63,836 nucleotides of DNA from an uncultured Gammaproteobacteria bacterium (GCA_964405065.1 CAYOMO010000001.1:1-63836); one strand, 5' to 3'. Positions 44,275-54,693 are shown, counted from the first letter of the stretch. The notes: a model not told the origin generated them from the letters alone. Numbers and translations are program-made.

Positions 44275-45933
44275 ATGGTGAAGTTGTGGTTTTTACATTC
44301 AAAAAAGCATATATTTTCATTGATTTTTCTATCTTTGATCGGAATAGTTGTGTTTAGGCCATCATTTTCAATGGGTTTGTATGGGGATGAGTGGCAGATG
44401 TTGTGGTTTAGTAAAGCAATTCAACAAGGATCCTATCAAATAGCTTCTGGTGATATTTGGAATTCTTATTTAAATGAGATGGTTGTTTTTAAATGGATAG
44501 AATATTTTTTTGGGTATGATGGTAGATTTTACTACCTTTTTTCATTTTTGTGTCGCTTTTTATCTGTCGGAGTCAGTTACTGGTTTTTTTATAAACATAC
44601 CAAGTCAATATTAGCTGCGGTAACTATTAGTTCATTATTTATGGTATCGCCAATTGGTATTGAGGCAACTGATTGGGCTCGCAATTTTGATTCATATTTA
44701 GGTATAGCATTACTATTATTTTTAATTGATCAGTTGATCAAAATATCTTCTTTGACAAAAGTTTTATTTATAACCTTTATTTCTATCATACTTTTTTTAA
44801 TTAATCCTCTTAGATCACATGGTACCGTTTTAATTATCTTAGGAATTATCTGTACAAGATTTATAACAGAAAGATTTAATAAATACCGTCTAATGACGCT
44901 TTGTTTAATTCTTAGTATTTATTTGTTTTTTACTAAAATTGAAGTTTTTGGTGGACTTACAACTTTTGAACCATTTCCATTCACACTTTATTTGAGCTCA
45001 ATTAAAAATTTGGTTGGTAATATGGGTCGGGTTCTTGTTCCAAGCTTTGGCAATCAACCGCTGTTATTTGGAGGAGTAGCAATTTTATTTCTACTATGGA
45101 AATGGGAGCTATTTAATTTGCATTCTACAATCGGAAAAGTCTTGTTTGCGATCTTTGTTTTGAGCTTTTTATACGTTGAGTATCAAATTTTTAATGCAGC
45201 TATTTTTGCTAAAAGTGTCTATATTGGGATTTTTTTTCTTGGCTGGATTATCACCAGTATTGTATTTCATATCATTCAACGACAAAATGCAAAATTGGTT
45301 GAAATAAACACCTTATTTCTTCTGACAATCGCTTTTTTGATATTTCCTTTTATCAGGCAGCCCCATTTTCAAGCCGCCTCGGATCATCGGTATCTTGTAT
45401 ATTCAGCCTTAGCGGTGGTTTGGATAGTTTTGGGAGTTTTTATGAAAAAAAACTCTTTTATTAGTCAATTTTTTATCTATTTACTACTGTTTACTCTTAT
45501 ATATTATTATTCTTGGCTAACTCATCAATTTCTTTCTGAAAAAAGTGTTTCACACAATTATTTGTACTCGACTTTTTTATGGAATCAGATATATCAGTTA
45601 GCTCCAGATGTAGATTCCGATAAAAGATCAAATGTTTTTTTTCTGAAAAATAACTTTACAGATTCAAGTGTTTTTGGAGATAGTGTCAACTTCGGTTTTA
45701 TGTTCCATTTCGGCCTTTTATTTAATATTTCAAAAGAAAAAAATCTGCCATATTTATTTGTAGAGGATCCTCAGACAATATATTCTTTGCTTAATGATGG
45801 TAAACAATCACTGCGCTATTTCCCAACTGAAAGAGTATTCAGGGTTGATGATAGTCTTTTTTTTAAAATTGATAATGGCAAAGTAAAAAAGCTGTCATAT
45901 CCGGAGGTGATCTATGAAAAATCGGCAGATTAA
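44275..45933 (+). CDS. Polytopic membrane protein, GT-C-like candidate
   Basis: ATG 44275 (MVKLWFLHSKKH) is preferred. The tracked ATG 44230 would share a CATG with the divergent gene's start and leave no promoter space. Multi-TM. First loop is FSMGLYGDEWQMLWF with an Asp-Glu pair. Soluble C-terminal ~130 aa. Confidence 0.5.
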   Translation: MVKLWFLHSKKHIFSLIFLSLIGIVVFRPSFSMGLYGDEWQMLWFSKAIQQGSYQIASGDIWNSYLNEMVVFKWIEYFFGYDGRFYYLFSFLCRFLSVGVSYWFFYKHTKSILAAVTISSLFMVSPIGIEATDWARNFDSYLGIALLLFLIDQLIKISSLTKVLFITFISIILFLINPLRSHGTVLIILGIICTRFITERFNKYRLMTLCLILSIYLFFTKIEVFGGLTTFEPFPFTLYLSSIKNLVGNMGRVLVPSFGNQPLLFGGVAILFLLWKWELFNLHSTIGKVLFAIFVLSFLYVEYQIFNAAIFAKSVYIGIFFLGWIITSIVFHIIQRQNAKLVEINTLFLLTIAFLIFPFIRQPHFQAASDHRYLVYSALAVVWIVLGVFMKKNSFISQFFIYLLLFTLIYYYSWLTHQFLSEKSVSHNYLYSTFLWNQIYQLAPDVDSDKRSNVFFLKNNFTDSSVFGDSVNFGFMFHFGLLFNISKEKNLPYLFVEDPQTIYSLLNDGKQSLRYFPTERVFRVDDSLFFKIDNGKVKKLSYPEVIYEKSAD

Positions 45934-47089
45934 GAAGATTGATATTATTGCTTTTTCTTCTCATGGGGAGGGATTATCGGGCGGAGATCGGATATGGATT
46001 GAATTTGCTAAACAATGGATAAGGAAACATCGAGTGCATATTTTTACTTGGTCAGAAGGTAAAGCGATGTTTGATAGGCAAAAAAATACAAAAAAACACG
46101 CCATCTTTTTTCATGTCTTAAGTAATTTTTGGTTTAAAAAAAGAAGCTTTTTTTTCGGTTATGTTGCTCGAATTATTGGTTCAATACTTTGGTCGTTATC
46201 TGCCTCAAATACCGATGTAATCTATTCTGCCTCTGAATTTTGGATGGATGTTTTTCCAGCAACGATCTTAAAACTACGAAATCCTTCAACTATGTGGGTT
46301 GCTACATGGTTTCAAACGGCTCCTAATCCAATCAGAGGTTATCATGAACGATTTTCTTTTAGGGCACTTTTATATTGGTTATCACAACAACCATCAAAAT
46401 TATTAATTAGTTTATTAGCAGATCGAGTGTTAGTAAATAATGAAATTGAAAAAAAGCAATTTTTAAAACTTGATCAAAAAGGATTTGTCTTAGTAGTTTT
46501 AGGTGCAGTTAATTTAGAGCACATTCAGAAATGGATAAAAAATAATTCTAAATATAATAAAAAATATGATGCTGTTTTTCAGGGTCGTTTTCATCCCCAA
46601 AAAGGAGTTGAAGAGTTGGTTAAAATCTGGAAAATGGTTGTTGAAAAAAAGCCTCAAGCCGTTTTAGTAATGATCGGAGATGGTCCATTGATGTTTTCAG
46701 TTAAGCAGCTCATTAAAAAGTATCATCTGGGAAAAAATATCAAACTCATGGGGTATGTATTTGACGGAGATGAAAAATATAAGTTATTTAGTCAATCAAA
46801 AATGGTGTTGCATCCAGCTCTTTATGATAGTGGTGGGATGGCTTCGTATGAAGCGATGGCTTTTGGACTTCCTGTAATAGGATTTGATTTACCTTCTTAC
46901 ACCAGTTATTATCCGAAAGGAATGATAAAAGTCCCCGTTTCTCATTTTGAATTATATGCTAACAAGATTTTGGAGCTTCTCACAACTTCGTTGTCTCAGA
47001 AAATCGGTGCTGAAGCGAAAAAATATGTATTTACCCAGGCTTCATGGAATATGAGAGCAGATATGGTGCTTAAAAAGATATTAGTATGA
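45914..47089 (+). CDS. Glycosyltransferase family 4 (GT-B), divergent
   Basis: 391 aa. Preceded by a strong SD (GGAGGTGA). FQGRFHPQKGVEELV and YDSGGMASYEAMAFGLPVIGFDLPSY form a variant E-x7-E region. Confidence 0.75.
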   Translation: MKNRQIKKIDIIAFSSHGEGLSGGDRIWIEFAKQWIRKHRVHIFTWSEGKAMFDRQKNTKKHAIFFHVLSNFWFKKRSFFFGYVARIIGSILWSLSASNTDVIYSASEFWMDVFPATILKLRNPSTMWVATWFQTAPNPIRGYHERFSFRALLYWLSQQPSKLLISLLADRVLVNNEIEKKQFLKLDQKGFVLVVLGAVNLEHIQKWIKNNSKYNKKYDAVFQGRFHPQKGVEELVKIWKMVVEKKPQAVLVMIGDGPLMFSVKQLIKKYHLGKNIKLMGYVFDGDEKYKLFSQSKMVLHPALYDSGGMASYEAMAFGLPVIGFDLPSYTSYYPKGMIKVPVSHFELYANKILELLTTSLSQKIGAEAKKYVFTQASWNMRADMVLKKILV

Positions 47090-49398
47090 ACACTCTTCTA
47101 GTTTTTCTTCATGCTCTCAAACCCAATCTGCCATATCTTTTTTTAGTTTTTACCTATTTTTTCCTGACTTTTTTGGTTGGTTTTATCCAGATTAGATTTT
47201 TTATAAAAACAGCCAAACTCTATTTTTTAATTCCAGCGGCAGTTATTGTTGGAATCTTAACAAATATTCTCTTTCTCGCTTTATTTAGTTATTGGCTCAA
47301 AGGACCTATTGGTATATTATTGATTAACGGCATCTACGTGATAAGCAGTTTATTCTTAATCGTGAAAAGACCTGCTTTATTGCATATTGATTATCCAAAG
47401 CTTTCATTATCAACCTTTATCATTGCAGGTCTCTGGAGTTGTTTTTTGTTATTTCTTTTTTTTACGGCTGGTAATAACACTTATGGAGGTGATGTGATTG
47501 CTTATTGGGGATTTGCTACATCTTTTGCCAATGGCAACTATCCACTTCGATCACCTTGGCAACCGGATTTATTAGCGACACATCATCAGGGAGGGTATTT
47601 GTATGAGGGGGCTATTTTTGCTTTAACCAACGTCAACATTGGCTTTATTCATTCTTTATTTTCAGTTCTAGTTATCGCGGGGGGATTTTTTTTATTATGG
47701 GGGATTATTCGACTTAAAACTCAGTTTAAAATCTGGTCTATTATTCCGGCAATTATTTTTTATATCTCATTTGGAGCTATTTTTGTTCCAATCCCTGAGA
47801 GATTAGCTACTTTTATTTCTAATGACACAGTTATTCAAAAAAATGAGGGTTGGCCAATATTTACTGATGTAAAAAATAGACTTGGGGGATCTTCAAATTT
47901 AAATGAAATTTTTTACATTAATCATCGAGCTGCAGCTTTCGCCGGTATGTTTTTAATATTTTGTTTACTGACCATGGAATGGAGAATATCAGATAGGTGG
48001 AAGTTGGTAGTAATTACTTGTTTGTTAGTTGTTGTTATTTCAATTGATGAAGTTGTGTTACCCTCACTTCTGCTTGGAGGAGGATGGTGGTGGTTGTGGC
48101 AATTAAAATTAACATCTAAGAAAAAAAGTTTTTTTATTTCTTCTGTTATTGCAGCTTTGGTGAGTGTTTGTTTGTTTTTTGGAATAGGTAGTGCTTTAAG
48201 AGATTCATTACTTACACCCTCGATTGAAGCTCCTCGTTTCCAAGTTGTTTTTGATATTGAATCATTTCTCTTGAGGTTTAAAGAGATGAGTGGTGTATGG
48301 CTTTTATGGAAAGAATATTATTTTTACCAACCCAATCTAATAGCTTATTTTGTTGTGGCGTTAGTATTAGTTTTATATCTAAGACAACTAGAATTAAGTA
48401 TGTATTTTATGGCTAGTTTTGGCTCACTTCTTGGACTTTTATTGATTGAACATACTTACTATCCTGGTAATCAGGGAAGATTTTTACATTTAATATATTT
48501 GATTTTAAGTTTAATTATTATTGAAGCTGCACTTTTTTTATTTAAGTTAAATATAAAAGCCAAGTTACTGGGATGTTTGTTAATTTTCTGTTTCAGTATA
48601 TCTGTGATTACAACCGGGATTTATTTACTATATCAGGCTAAATCAGATAACTATCCAAATCTGAAAGGCACTATGCCAACAATTGCTGCTTTACATTGGT
48701 TTCGTCAGTATCACCCAAATGACAGAGTGATTTTTATTGATGGATTTTTAAATAACTCACAAGATAGTTATCTCAATATTAATGCAATTCAATATTTTGG
48801 GTTAAAAGTCCCATTGAGTCCGGCTAAAGTAAAAGTTCATACTCCAGATATAGGAGTTGAAGCAACTGATTTGATTACTACTTTAAATCCACAGGATTTC
48901 ACAGACCTAAATACCTATTATTTATTTATCAAACATGATCAAATGAGTGCTTTACCTCATAAGCGACAAATCGATTTATTAAATACGCAATTCTTTATGC
49001 CGATTTATGAAGATTCAGACGGTATTTACTATCATGTTTTGCCTGACTTTATCCGTTATGGTCAATCAATTTCAGCTGGATCTATTCGTAAAATTAGTGA
49101 TGTAATTCCTCCAAATACTGATGTTTTTTTGGATGATCCCTACAATATAAATTCAGCTTTAAGAGCTGTATTGTGGTTACGACTAAAAGATTCAAACAGT
49201 GTTTATACTGAGTGGAGGTCGGGAATATTTAACTATATTGAAACAAAGATGGTTTTTTATGATCCACTGAAAAGAACAGCACCTTATCAATATCTGATAG
49301 TTGGACCTAAGATTGATCCTTTGACTAAATGTAATTGTTCAAAAGTTGAAATGGTCTGGCAAATGAATGCAGCGAAAGGATATCGAGTAATAAGATGA
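47086..49398 (+). CDS. Large polytopic membrane protein with C-terminal soluble domain, GT-C-like candidate
   Basis: 770 aa with ~14 hydrophobic segments. The loop is GGDVIAYWGFATSFANGNYPLRSPWQPD. The last ~230 aa are hydrophilic. ATGA overlap with the upstream gene. Function is inferred from architecture only. Confidence 0.45.
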   Translation: MNTLLVFLHALKPNLPYLFLVFTYFFLTFLVGFIQIRFFIKTAKLYFLIPAAVIVGILTNILFLALFSYWLKGPIGILLINGIYVISSLFLIVKRPALLHIDYPKLSLSTFIIAGLWSCFLLFLFFTAGNNTYGGDVIAYWGFATSFANGNYPLRSPWQPDLLATHHQGGYLYEGAIFALTNVNIGFIHSLFSVLVIAGGFFLLWGIIRLKTQFKIWSIIPAIIFYISFGAIFVPIPERLATFISNDTVIQKNEGWPIFTDVKNRLGGSSNLNEIFYINHRAAAFAGMFLIFCLLTMEWRISDRWKLVVITCLLVVVISIDEVVLPSLLLGGGWWWLWQLKLTSKKKSFFISSVIAALVSVCLFFGIGSALRDSLLTPSIEAPRFQVVFDIESFLLRFKEMSGVWLLWKEYYFYQPNLIAYFVVALVLVLYLRQLELSMYFMASFGSLLGLLLIEHTYYPGNQGRFLHLIYLILSLIIIEAALFLFKLNIKAKLLGCLLIFCFSISVITTGIYLLYQAKSDNYPNLKGTMPTIAALHWFRQYHPNDRVIFIDGFLNNSQDSYLNINAIQYFGLKVPLSPAKVKVHTPDIGVEATDLITTLNPQDFTDLNTYYLFIKHDQMSALPHKRQIDLLNTQFFMPIYEDSDGIYYHVLPDFIRYGQSISAGSIRKISDVIPPNTDVFLDDPYNINSALRAVLWLRLKDSNSVYTEWRSGIFNYIETKMVFYDPLKRTAPYQYLIVGPKIDPLTKCNCSKVEMVWQMNAAKGYRVIR

Positions 49399-50270
49399 AA
49401 TCTTTTAAAATAAGTGCGGTCATTCCGACATATAATTCAATAAAAACAGTAGAAAGAACCATTAGATCATTGTTAGATCAATCTTTAAAGTTATCTGAAA
49501 TTATTGTTGTTGATAATGCTTCAACTGATCATTCTTCGACAATTTTAAATAAAAAATTTGGCAGTAAAATTAAATTAATAAAATTGAAAAAAAATACTGG
49601 TGTTACAGGCGGTCGAAATGAAGGTATTAAAAATATTTCTCCAAAATCTAATTTTGTCCTGTTTATGGATCATGACATGATTGCTGATTCTCATATGACG
49701 GAAGAGATGGTAAAAGGTTTTAAACAATCATCTGAAATAGGCATAATCACCCCAAAAATATATTATCTAAAACCAAAAGATGTTATCTGGTCGGCTGGAA
49801 CTGGAATGAATTTATGGACTGGCCAAGTACTTTTTAGAGGAGGAAAAGATACTGGCCAGTATGATCAGCCGACTGAAGTACAGGTGGCTCCAGCTGTTTT
49901 ATTGGTAAAAAAAACTGTTATAGAAAAAATAAAAAGATTTGATCCTATTTATTTTGCCACGTATGAGGACACTGATTTTTGTTTCAAAGCATTATCAGTG
50001 GGCTTTAAAACTTTCTATATGCCAAAAGCTGTGGCATTTCATGATCTGCCGTACGACCAAGAAGATGCTCAGAATCGGCTATTAAACAGGCTATATTATG
50101 TCGGACGCAATAGGATTATATTTCTGAGAAGATATGGTTATTTTACCTCTGTACCTTTATCTTTCGGTTTTGGACTGTATTATTTATATCTGTCAATCAG
50201 ACAGTATCGGATTGGTGAATTTGCTCATTACATCAAAGGAACTATTGACGGGATGACAATCAAAGTTTAA
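49395..50270 (+). CDS. Glycosyltransferase family 2
   Basis: 291 aa. Carries ISAVIPTYNSIKTVERTIRSLLDQS, IIVVDNASTDHS, FMDHDMIAD and YEDTDFCFKA. Confidence 0.85.
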   Translation: MKSFKISAVIPTYNSIKTVERTIRSLLDQSLKLSEIIVVDNASTDHSSTILNKKFGSKIKLIKLKKNTGVTGGRNEGIKNISPKSNFVLFMDHDMIADSHMTEEMVKGFKQSSEIGIITPKIYYLKPKDVIWSAGTGMNLWTGQVLFRGGKDTGQYDQPTEVQVAPAVLLVKKTVIEKIKRFDPIYFATYEDTDFCFKALSVGFKTFYMPKAVAFHDLPYDQEDAQNRLLNRLYYVGRNRIIFLRRYGYFTSVPLSFGFGLYYLYLSIRQYRIGEFAHYIKGTIDGMTIKV

Positions 50271-50296
50271 ATTAAGACAAGTTTAAAGCCTGAAAT

Positions 50297-50932
50297 ATGA
50301 AATTATCAACTATTCCTTTCAGTTATCACTGGATTTTAAAAAAAGCCATTGGACACCCTTCAACTATTCTTGATTTAGGATGTGGCGATGGTAATTTTTC
50401 CTACGATTTATTTAAAGACAGTAATTTTAAATTAACCGGTGTTGAATTGTATCCTGATTCAATAAAACGGGCGAAATTAAAAAAAATATATTCAAAAATA
50501 GTCAAAGGCGATATTCTGAATTTGCCAAAAACGCTTAAATCTTCTTATGATGTGGTTTTGGTCTCACAAGCTATTGAACATTTACCTAAAAAAAAGGGAC
50601 TTAAAGCAGTTCGGGAATGGGAAAAGAAAGGTAAAAAAATTATCATCTCGACACCGGTTGGATTTGTTCCTTTTCATCAGTTAGAACTGTCTGAGCAAGA
50701 CCAGAATCCTTATCAAAAACATCTTTCAGGATGGGAAGTTAGTGATTTTAAAAAAATGGGATATTCTGTATATGGACAGGGGTGGGGAGCTTTATATAGA
50801 AATCCATTTGTAAAAAAATTACCAGGCAGCTTTTTTCCTGTCATTAGTTTGATTTCGTTTCTGGTGTCACCGGTGATCTATTTTTATCCCCAATTTGCTA
50901 TGTATCAGATAGCTGTTAAGGAGAACCGATGA
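50297..50932 (+). CDS. Class I SAM-dependent methyltransferase with C-terminal hydrophobic tail
   Basis: 211 aa. Carries ILDLGCGDGNFSYDL and VVLVSQAIEHLPKKKG. The tail is FFPVISLISFLVSPVIYFY. Confidence 0.78.
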   Translation: MKLSTIPFSYHWILKKAIGHPSTILDLGCGDGNFSYDLFKDSNFKLTGVELYPDSIKRAKLKKIYSKIVKGDILNLPKTLKSSYDVVLVSQAIEHLPKKKGLKAVREWEKKGKKIIISTPVGFVPFHQLELSEQDQNPYQKHLSGWEVSDFKKMGYSVYGQGWGALYRNPFVKKLPGSFFPVISLISFLVSPVIYFYPQFAMYQIAVKENR

Positions 50933-51990
50933 GACAAATATATCCATTTGTTTCTGTAGTGATTCCAACCTATAATGCAGAGGCTTTTATTAACCAAGCT
51001 TTAAAAAGTGTTTTAAAAACAAATTATCCACACTTTGAAATTGTCATTGCTGATGATAGGTCAACAGACAATACGATAAAAGTAATACAACAACATTTTT
51101 CAAAAAATCCCAAAATTCATATTTACCGGAATAGGATCAAAAAGTTAGCCGCCGGGACTAGAAATGTTGGGATAACAAAATCACAAGGACCTTTGATTGC
51201 CTTACTAGATCATGATATTGAAGTAGATCCTGGGTGGTTGAAAGAGATGGTAATTGTAATGAATAAATATTCTGAATGTGGAGTAGTACAGGGCAAGGTA
51301 ATGGATATTAAAAACAGACAGATTATTCAGCATGCAGGGGTGAAAATTCATGCATCACTCGGATGGGTGATTCCTGTTGGTTTTGGTCTTAGCGGTAAAA
51401 AATTTTTTACTAAAGAAAAACAAGCTTTTGCAAATGCCACGGGGTTACTTTTTAAAAAATCAGTTTGGAAAAAAGTTGGTGGTTTTGACGAGATGTTAGA
51501 AATAAATACCGATGATTGGGATTTTAATTGGCGAACCAATTTATATGGTTTTAAGCATTATTTTGCGCCTCGTTCGATCACATATCATTGGTCTAAAACT
51601 CAACAAACTCGCGATGCCTGGATTAAAAGAACCAATTGGGAGTTTCACTTTGCCAAAGTACCCTGGATTTTTATCAAAAACTATGATTTTTTGAATATAC
51701 TGCGTTTTTTGCCAATATATTTACTGGTAAATTCTTTCAGAGGGGTATTTAATCTGATTTTTAGACTCAATCCAGCGCCCTTAGCAGGTTTTTTGTTATC
51801 ACTTGGATGGACGCTAAAGAATTTTCCGGATTTAATGAAAAAAAGACGTCAAGTCCAATCACATAGGATGATATCTGATAGACAGATGTTAACTTTATTT
51901 GAACAAACAAGTGTTTTTGATTACTTTCGAAAACATTGGCTGCAGGCTTTTAGATTTGGTAATAAAATATCAATTGAAAATCCATACTAG
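50929..51990 (+). CDS. Glycosyltransferase family 2 with C-terminal membrane region
   Basis: 353 aa. Preceded by an AAGGAG SD. Carries VSVVIPTYNAEAFINQALKSV, IVIADDRSTDNT, LLDHDIEVD and NTDDWDFNWR. Confidence 0.85.
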   Translation: MRQIYPFVSVVIPTYNAEAFINQALKSVLKTNYPHFEIVIADDRSTDNTIKVIQQHFSKNPKIHIYRNRIKKLAAGTRNVGITKSQGPLIALLDHDIEVDPGWLKEMVIVMNKYSECGVVQGKVMDIKNRQIIQHAGVKIHASLGWVIPVGFGLSGKKFFTKEKQAFANATGLLFKKSVWKKVGGFDEMLEINTDDWDFNWRTNLYGFKHYFAPRSITYHWSKTQQTRDAWIKRTNWEFHFAKVPWIFIKNYDFLNILRFLPIYLLVNSFRGVFNLIFRLNPAPLAGFLLSLGWTLKNFPDLMKKRRQVQSHRMISDRQMLTLFEQTSVFDYFRKHWLQAFRFGNKISIENPY

Positions 51991-51993
51991 ATT

Positions 51994-52875
51994 ATGCAAA
52001 GATGTGTCATTTGTGAAAATAGCTTTAGCTCTCAAAAAAAAATTGCAGCACGTGATGGGTATTATTATTTGATTTGTCCTGTTTGTTCAGGCGGTAATTT
52101 AATGCCACGAAAAAAAGCTTTGAAGGCTTTAAAGAACGCTTATCTGAGTCAGTATTTTGATTGGAAAGAAGCTGTTGGATTGCGGAAATATCTCAATCAG
52201 TTACAACTTTTTAAAAGCTATCCTGAATGGATTGAACAAACTGTTGGTAGAAATAAAGGTAAAGTACTTGATATTGGAGCTGGAGTCCCGAATTTTGTTT
52301 ATACCATGAAAAAAAATGGTTGGGATAGTTATGCTCTTGAGATATCAAAAGAACAGGTAAAACTGATCAAAAAGTATATTGATCCTAAAAAGGTGTGGCA
52401 GGGTGATTTTGAAATAAAACGGATTCCTAGGGATACTTTTGATGTTTTAACTTTTTGGCATATGTTGGAACATCTGACATATCCAGCAAAAGCAATCAGA
52501 AAATCTTCTCGGGTATTAAAAAATAATGGAATGCTTTTTGCTGAATTTCCAAATTTAAATTCGTCCAATTTGGCTCTTTTTAAGACCGATTATTGTCATT
52601 TTGATTTGCCGGGTCATTTAGTCTATTATAATAAAAAATCACTGGAGAATTTATTTACTAAAAATGGTTTTAAAAACATTAAAATATCCTACCCGCTTAA
52701 ATTAAACGGTTCTTTTAGTCTGAATCTGATGAGATGGGTAAACACTTATATTCGTTTTCCTTTTGTCGGTGTGATAGTTTTTTACATGACTCTTCCTGTA
52801 TCTATATTATTAACAGTGATTAATTCGTTTTTGGGAAAAACAGATTTGATGAGAATTAGTGCTGTTAAAGCTTAA
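51994..52875 (+). CDS. SAM-dependent methyltransferase with N-terminal Cys4 zinc-ribbon
   Basis: 293 aa. CVICEN...CPVCSG, followed by VLDIGAGVPNFVYTM, LTFWHMLEHLTYP and LKNNGMLFAEFPN. Confidence 0.78.
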   Translation: MQRCVICENSFSSQKKIAARDGYYYLICPVCSGGNLMPRKKALKALKNAYLSQYFDWKEAVGLRKYLNQLQLFKSYPEWIEQTVGRNKGKVLDIGAGVPNFVYTMKKNGWDSYALEISKEQVKLIKKYIDPKKVWQGDFEIKRIPRDTFDVLTFWHMLEHLTYPAKAIRKSSRVLKNNGMLFAEFPNLNSSNLALFKTDYCHFDLPGHLVYYNKKSLENLFTKNGFKNIKISYPLKLNGSFSLNLMRWVNTYIRFPFVGVIVFYMTLPVSILLTVINSFLGKTDLMRISAVKA

Positions 52876-53609
52876 TTTTTCGTTAGAACTATTGTTATAA
52901 ACATTCCAAAATGATTGTTTAAGGGTGAAAGAATTTTTTCCAGCCATTTAAATCCTTGATAAGTGAAAGTCGGGACTAACTGTCTTTTTTTTAATCCACC
53001 AGACAACAGGTACATTATAGGTGTGTGAGAAGATAATACTGTTACTGGTAGGTGGGGATATTTAACTTGATAAATGGCTTGGTCTCTTTTAAAGATTACC
53101 CCAGGAAGGGCATTATTGGCATCAGATAGTGGTCCTTTGCCAGTAACTTTCCATTTAGTGATTTTTTCATCAAAATCTTCATAGTGAAAATTTTTGTAAA
53201 CAAATCTCCCCCAAAAAGAGTTATTTGGTTCAATCATAATGACTTTGCCCCCTTTTTTTAGCACTCTATTAAATTCATTTAGAGCTTTGGTCGGGTTTTT
53301 GATGTGATGAAAAGTATTTAATAAGTATATAGCAGAAAGAGTATTTTTTTTAAAAGGCAATTTTTCAGCATTAATTACTCGGTCACACATTGGCAATTTA
53401 ATAACATCTGACGTAATCACATCGGGGATAAAATCTTTAATAAATCCCGCACCTGACCCTAATTCGAGTCTTTTTCCATGGGGTAGATTTTGCGAATGAG
53501 ACTGGAAAATAGTATAGAAATCTGAATAGACATTTTTAAATATCTTTTTTTGTTGAATTATTTTTACACTATCAATAGTTGTTTGAGGGAGATCTAAAAG
53601 GTTAGCCAT
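52872..53609 (-). CDS. Class I SAM-dependent methyltransferase (Methyltransf_11 type)
   Basis: 245 aa. Carries RLELGSGAGFIKDFIP, IYLLNTFHHIKNP and LKKGGKVIMIEPN. Its stop shares the TTAA at 52872-52875 with the convergent gene. Confidence 0.78.
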   Translation of the reverse strand: MANLLDLPQTTIDSVKIIQQKKIFKNVYSDFYTIFQSHSQNLPHGKRLELGSGAGFIKDFIPDVITSDVIKLPMCDRVINAEKLPFKKNTLSAIYLLNTFHHIKNPTKALNEFNRVLKKGGKVIMIEPNNSFWGRFVYKNFHYEDFDEKITKWKVTGKGPLSDANNALPGVIFKRDQAIYQVKYPHLPVTVLSSHTPIMYLLSGGLKKRQLVPTFTYQGFKWLEKILSPLNNHFGMFITIVLTKN

Positions 53610-54693
53610 TTATTTTCTTTCTAAGCTTTAAGAAAGGTGTTTCTATGAAGCTATAGGAAATATATCCAACAACTCCGGTTAATACAAGTGAAAGTATAGC
53701 TTGTGGAAAATCTGTTTTGTAAACCATATGAGTTATAAAATAGATAATTTTATTTACTTCATAGTGCCAAATATAAATAGAATAGGAAAATAAACTTATT
53801 AGAGTAAAAGTGACATATATCTTTTTTTCCTGTGTGAGCTTTTTTATCAAGTAGACATTTTGAAAGAAAAAGCTGATGAGAAGAGACATCCATAATCCGA
53901 TCCAGGTAAATCCAAATGTCTTTAAAACAACTGAATTGTTTAATTCCCCAGTTATGTCTAGAAAATTGAAATATATACTTGAAAAAGTAAGAATGGCGAT
54001 CGCGATTAAAACCAGTTTCAAACTATTTAGTTTGATAAAAATTTTAGGCTTTTTTATTTTTATGAGAGCGAGTATGACACCGATTAATAAAGGATCGAAA
54101 TGAAATAATACTGATTTTCTTAGATCTGGATCAAAACTTGGATTTAAAAACCAAACATAGATAAAGCGGATCAAGATGAGAAATCCAACAACTAAAATAA
54201 GTGAACTAAGTAAGCGTTTTTTTGTCCATTTAAATTGACACAATCCGTAAATCAACCAAGGTAAGAAGAGGTAAAACCATTCTTCGATGGCCAAACTCCA
54301 GGAAACCGCAAAAAAACCATGGGGGTCGGGGAAAAGATTTTGCAAAAAAAATAAATATGACCAGTGAATTTGTAGTTTTTGATAATGAATGGCATCAATA
54401 AACTGAAAGACAATAAAGGCACAGTAATACAAAGGAAGTGTCCTAAACCACCGATTAAAATAAAATTTCTTAAAAGATGGTTTGCTTGTTTCTAGATCAA
54501 GTTTGAAAACTATTCCGCCAATTAGAAATCCACTTAAAACAAAAAATAATTCGACACCCAAAATTCCAAATATAGAATTGGGTTTGTAAATATTTAAAAT
54601 TCCCCAATCAAGATGCTCAATAAAGACCATAAGTATGGCTATAGCTCTTAGGATATCTAGACCAAAATTTCTGGTTTTGGAAAGCCCAAACAT
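53602..54693 (-). CDS. Acyltransferase family 3 membrane O-acyltransferase
   Basis: 363 aa with ~10 TMs. N-terminal NFGLDILRAIAILMVFIEH with the conserved His. Overlaps the downstream methyltransferase gene by 8 nt. Confidence 0.8.
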   Translation of the reverse strand: MFGLSKTRNFGLDILRAIAILMVFIEHLDWGILNIYKPNSIFGILGVELFFVLSGFLIGGIVFKLDLETSKPSFKKFYFNRWFRTLPLYYCAFIVFQFIDAIHYQKLQIHWSYLFFLQNLFPDPHGFFAVSWSLAIEEWFYLFLPWLIYGLCQFKWTKKRLLSSLILVVGFLILIRFIYVWFLNPSFDPDLRKSVLFHFDPLLIGVILALIKIKKPKIFIKLNSLKLVLIAIAILTFSSIYFNFLDITGELNNSVVLKTFGFTWIGLWMSLLISFFFQNVYLIKKLTQEKKIYVTFTLISLFSYSIYIWHYEVNKIIYFITHMVYKTDFPQAILSLVLTGVVGYISYSFIETPFLKLRKKING

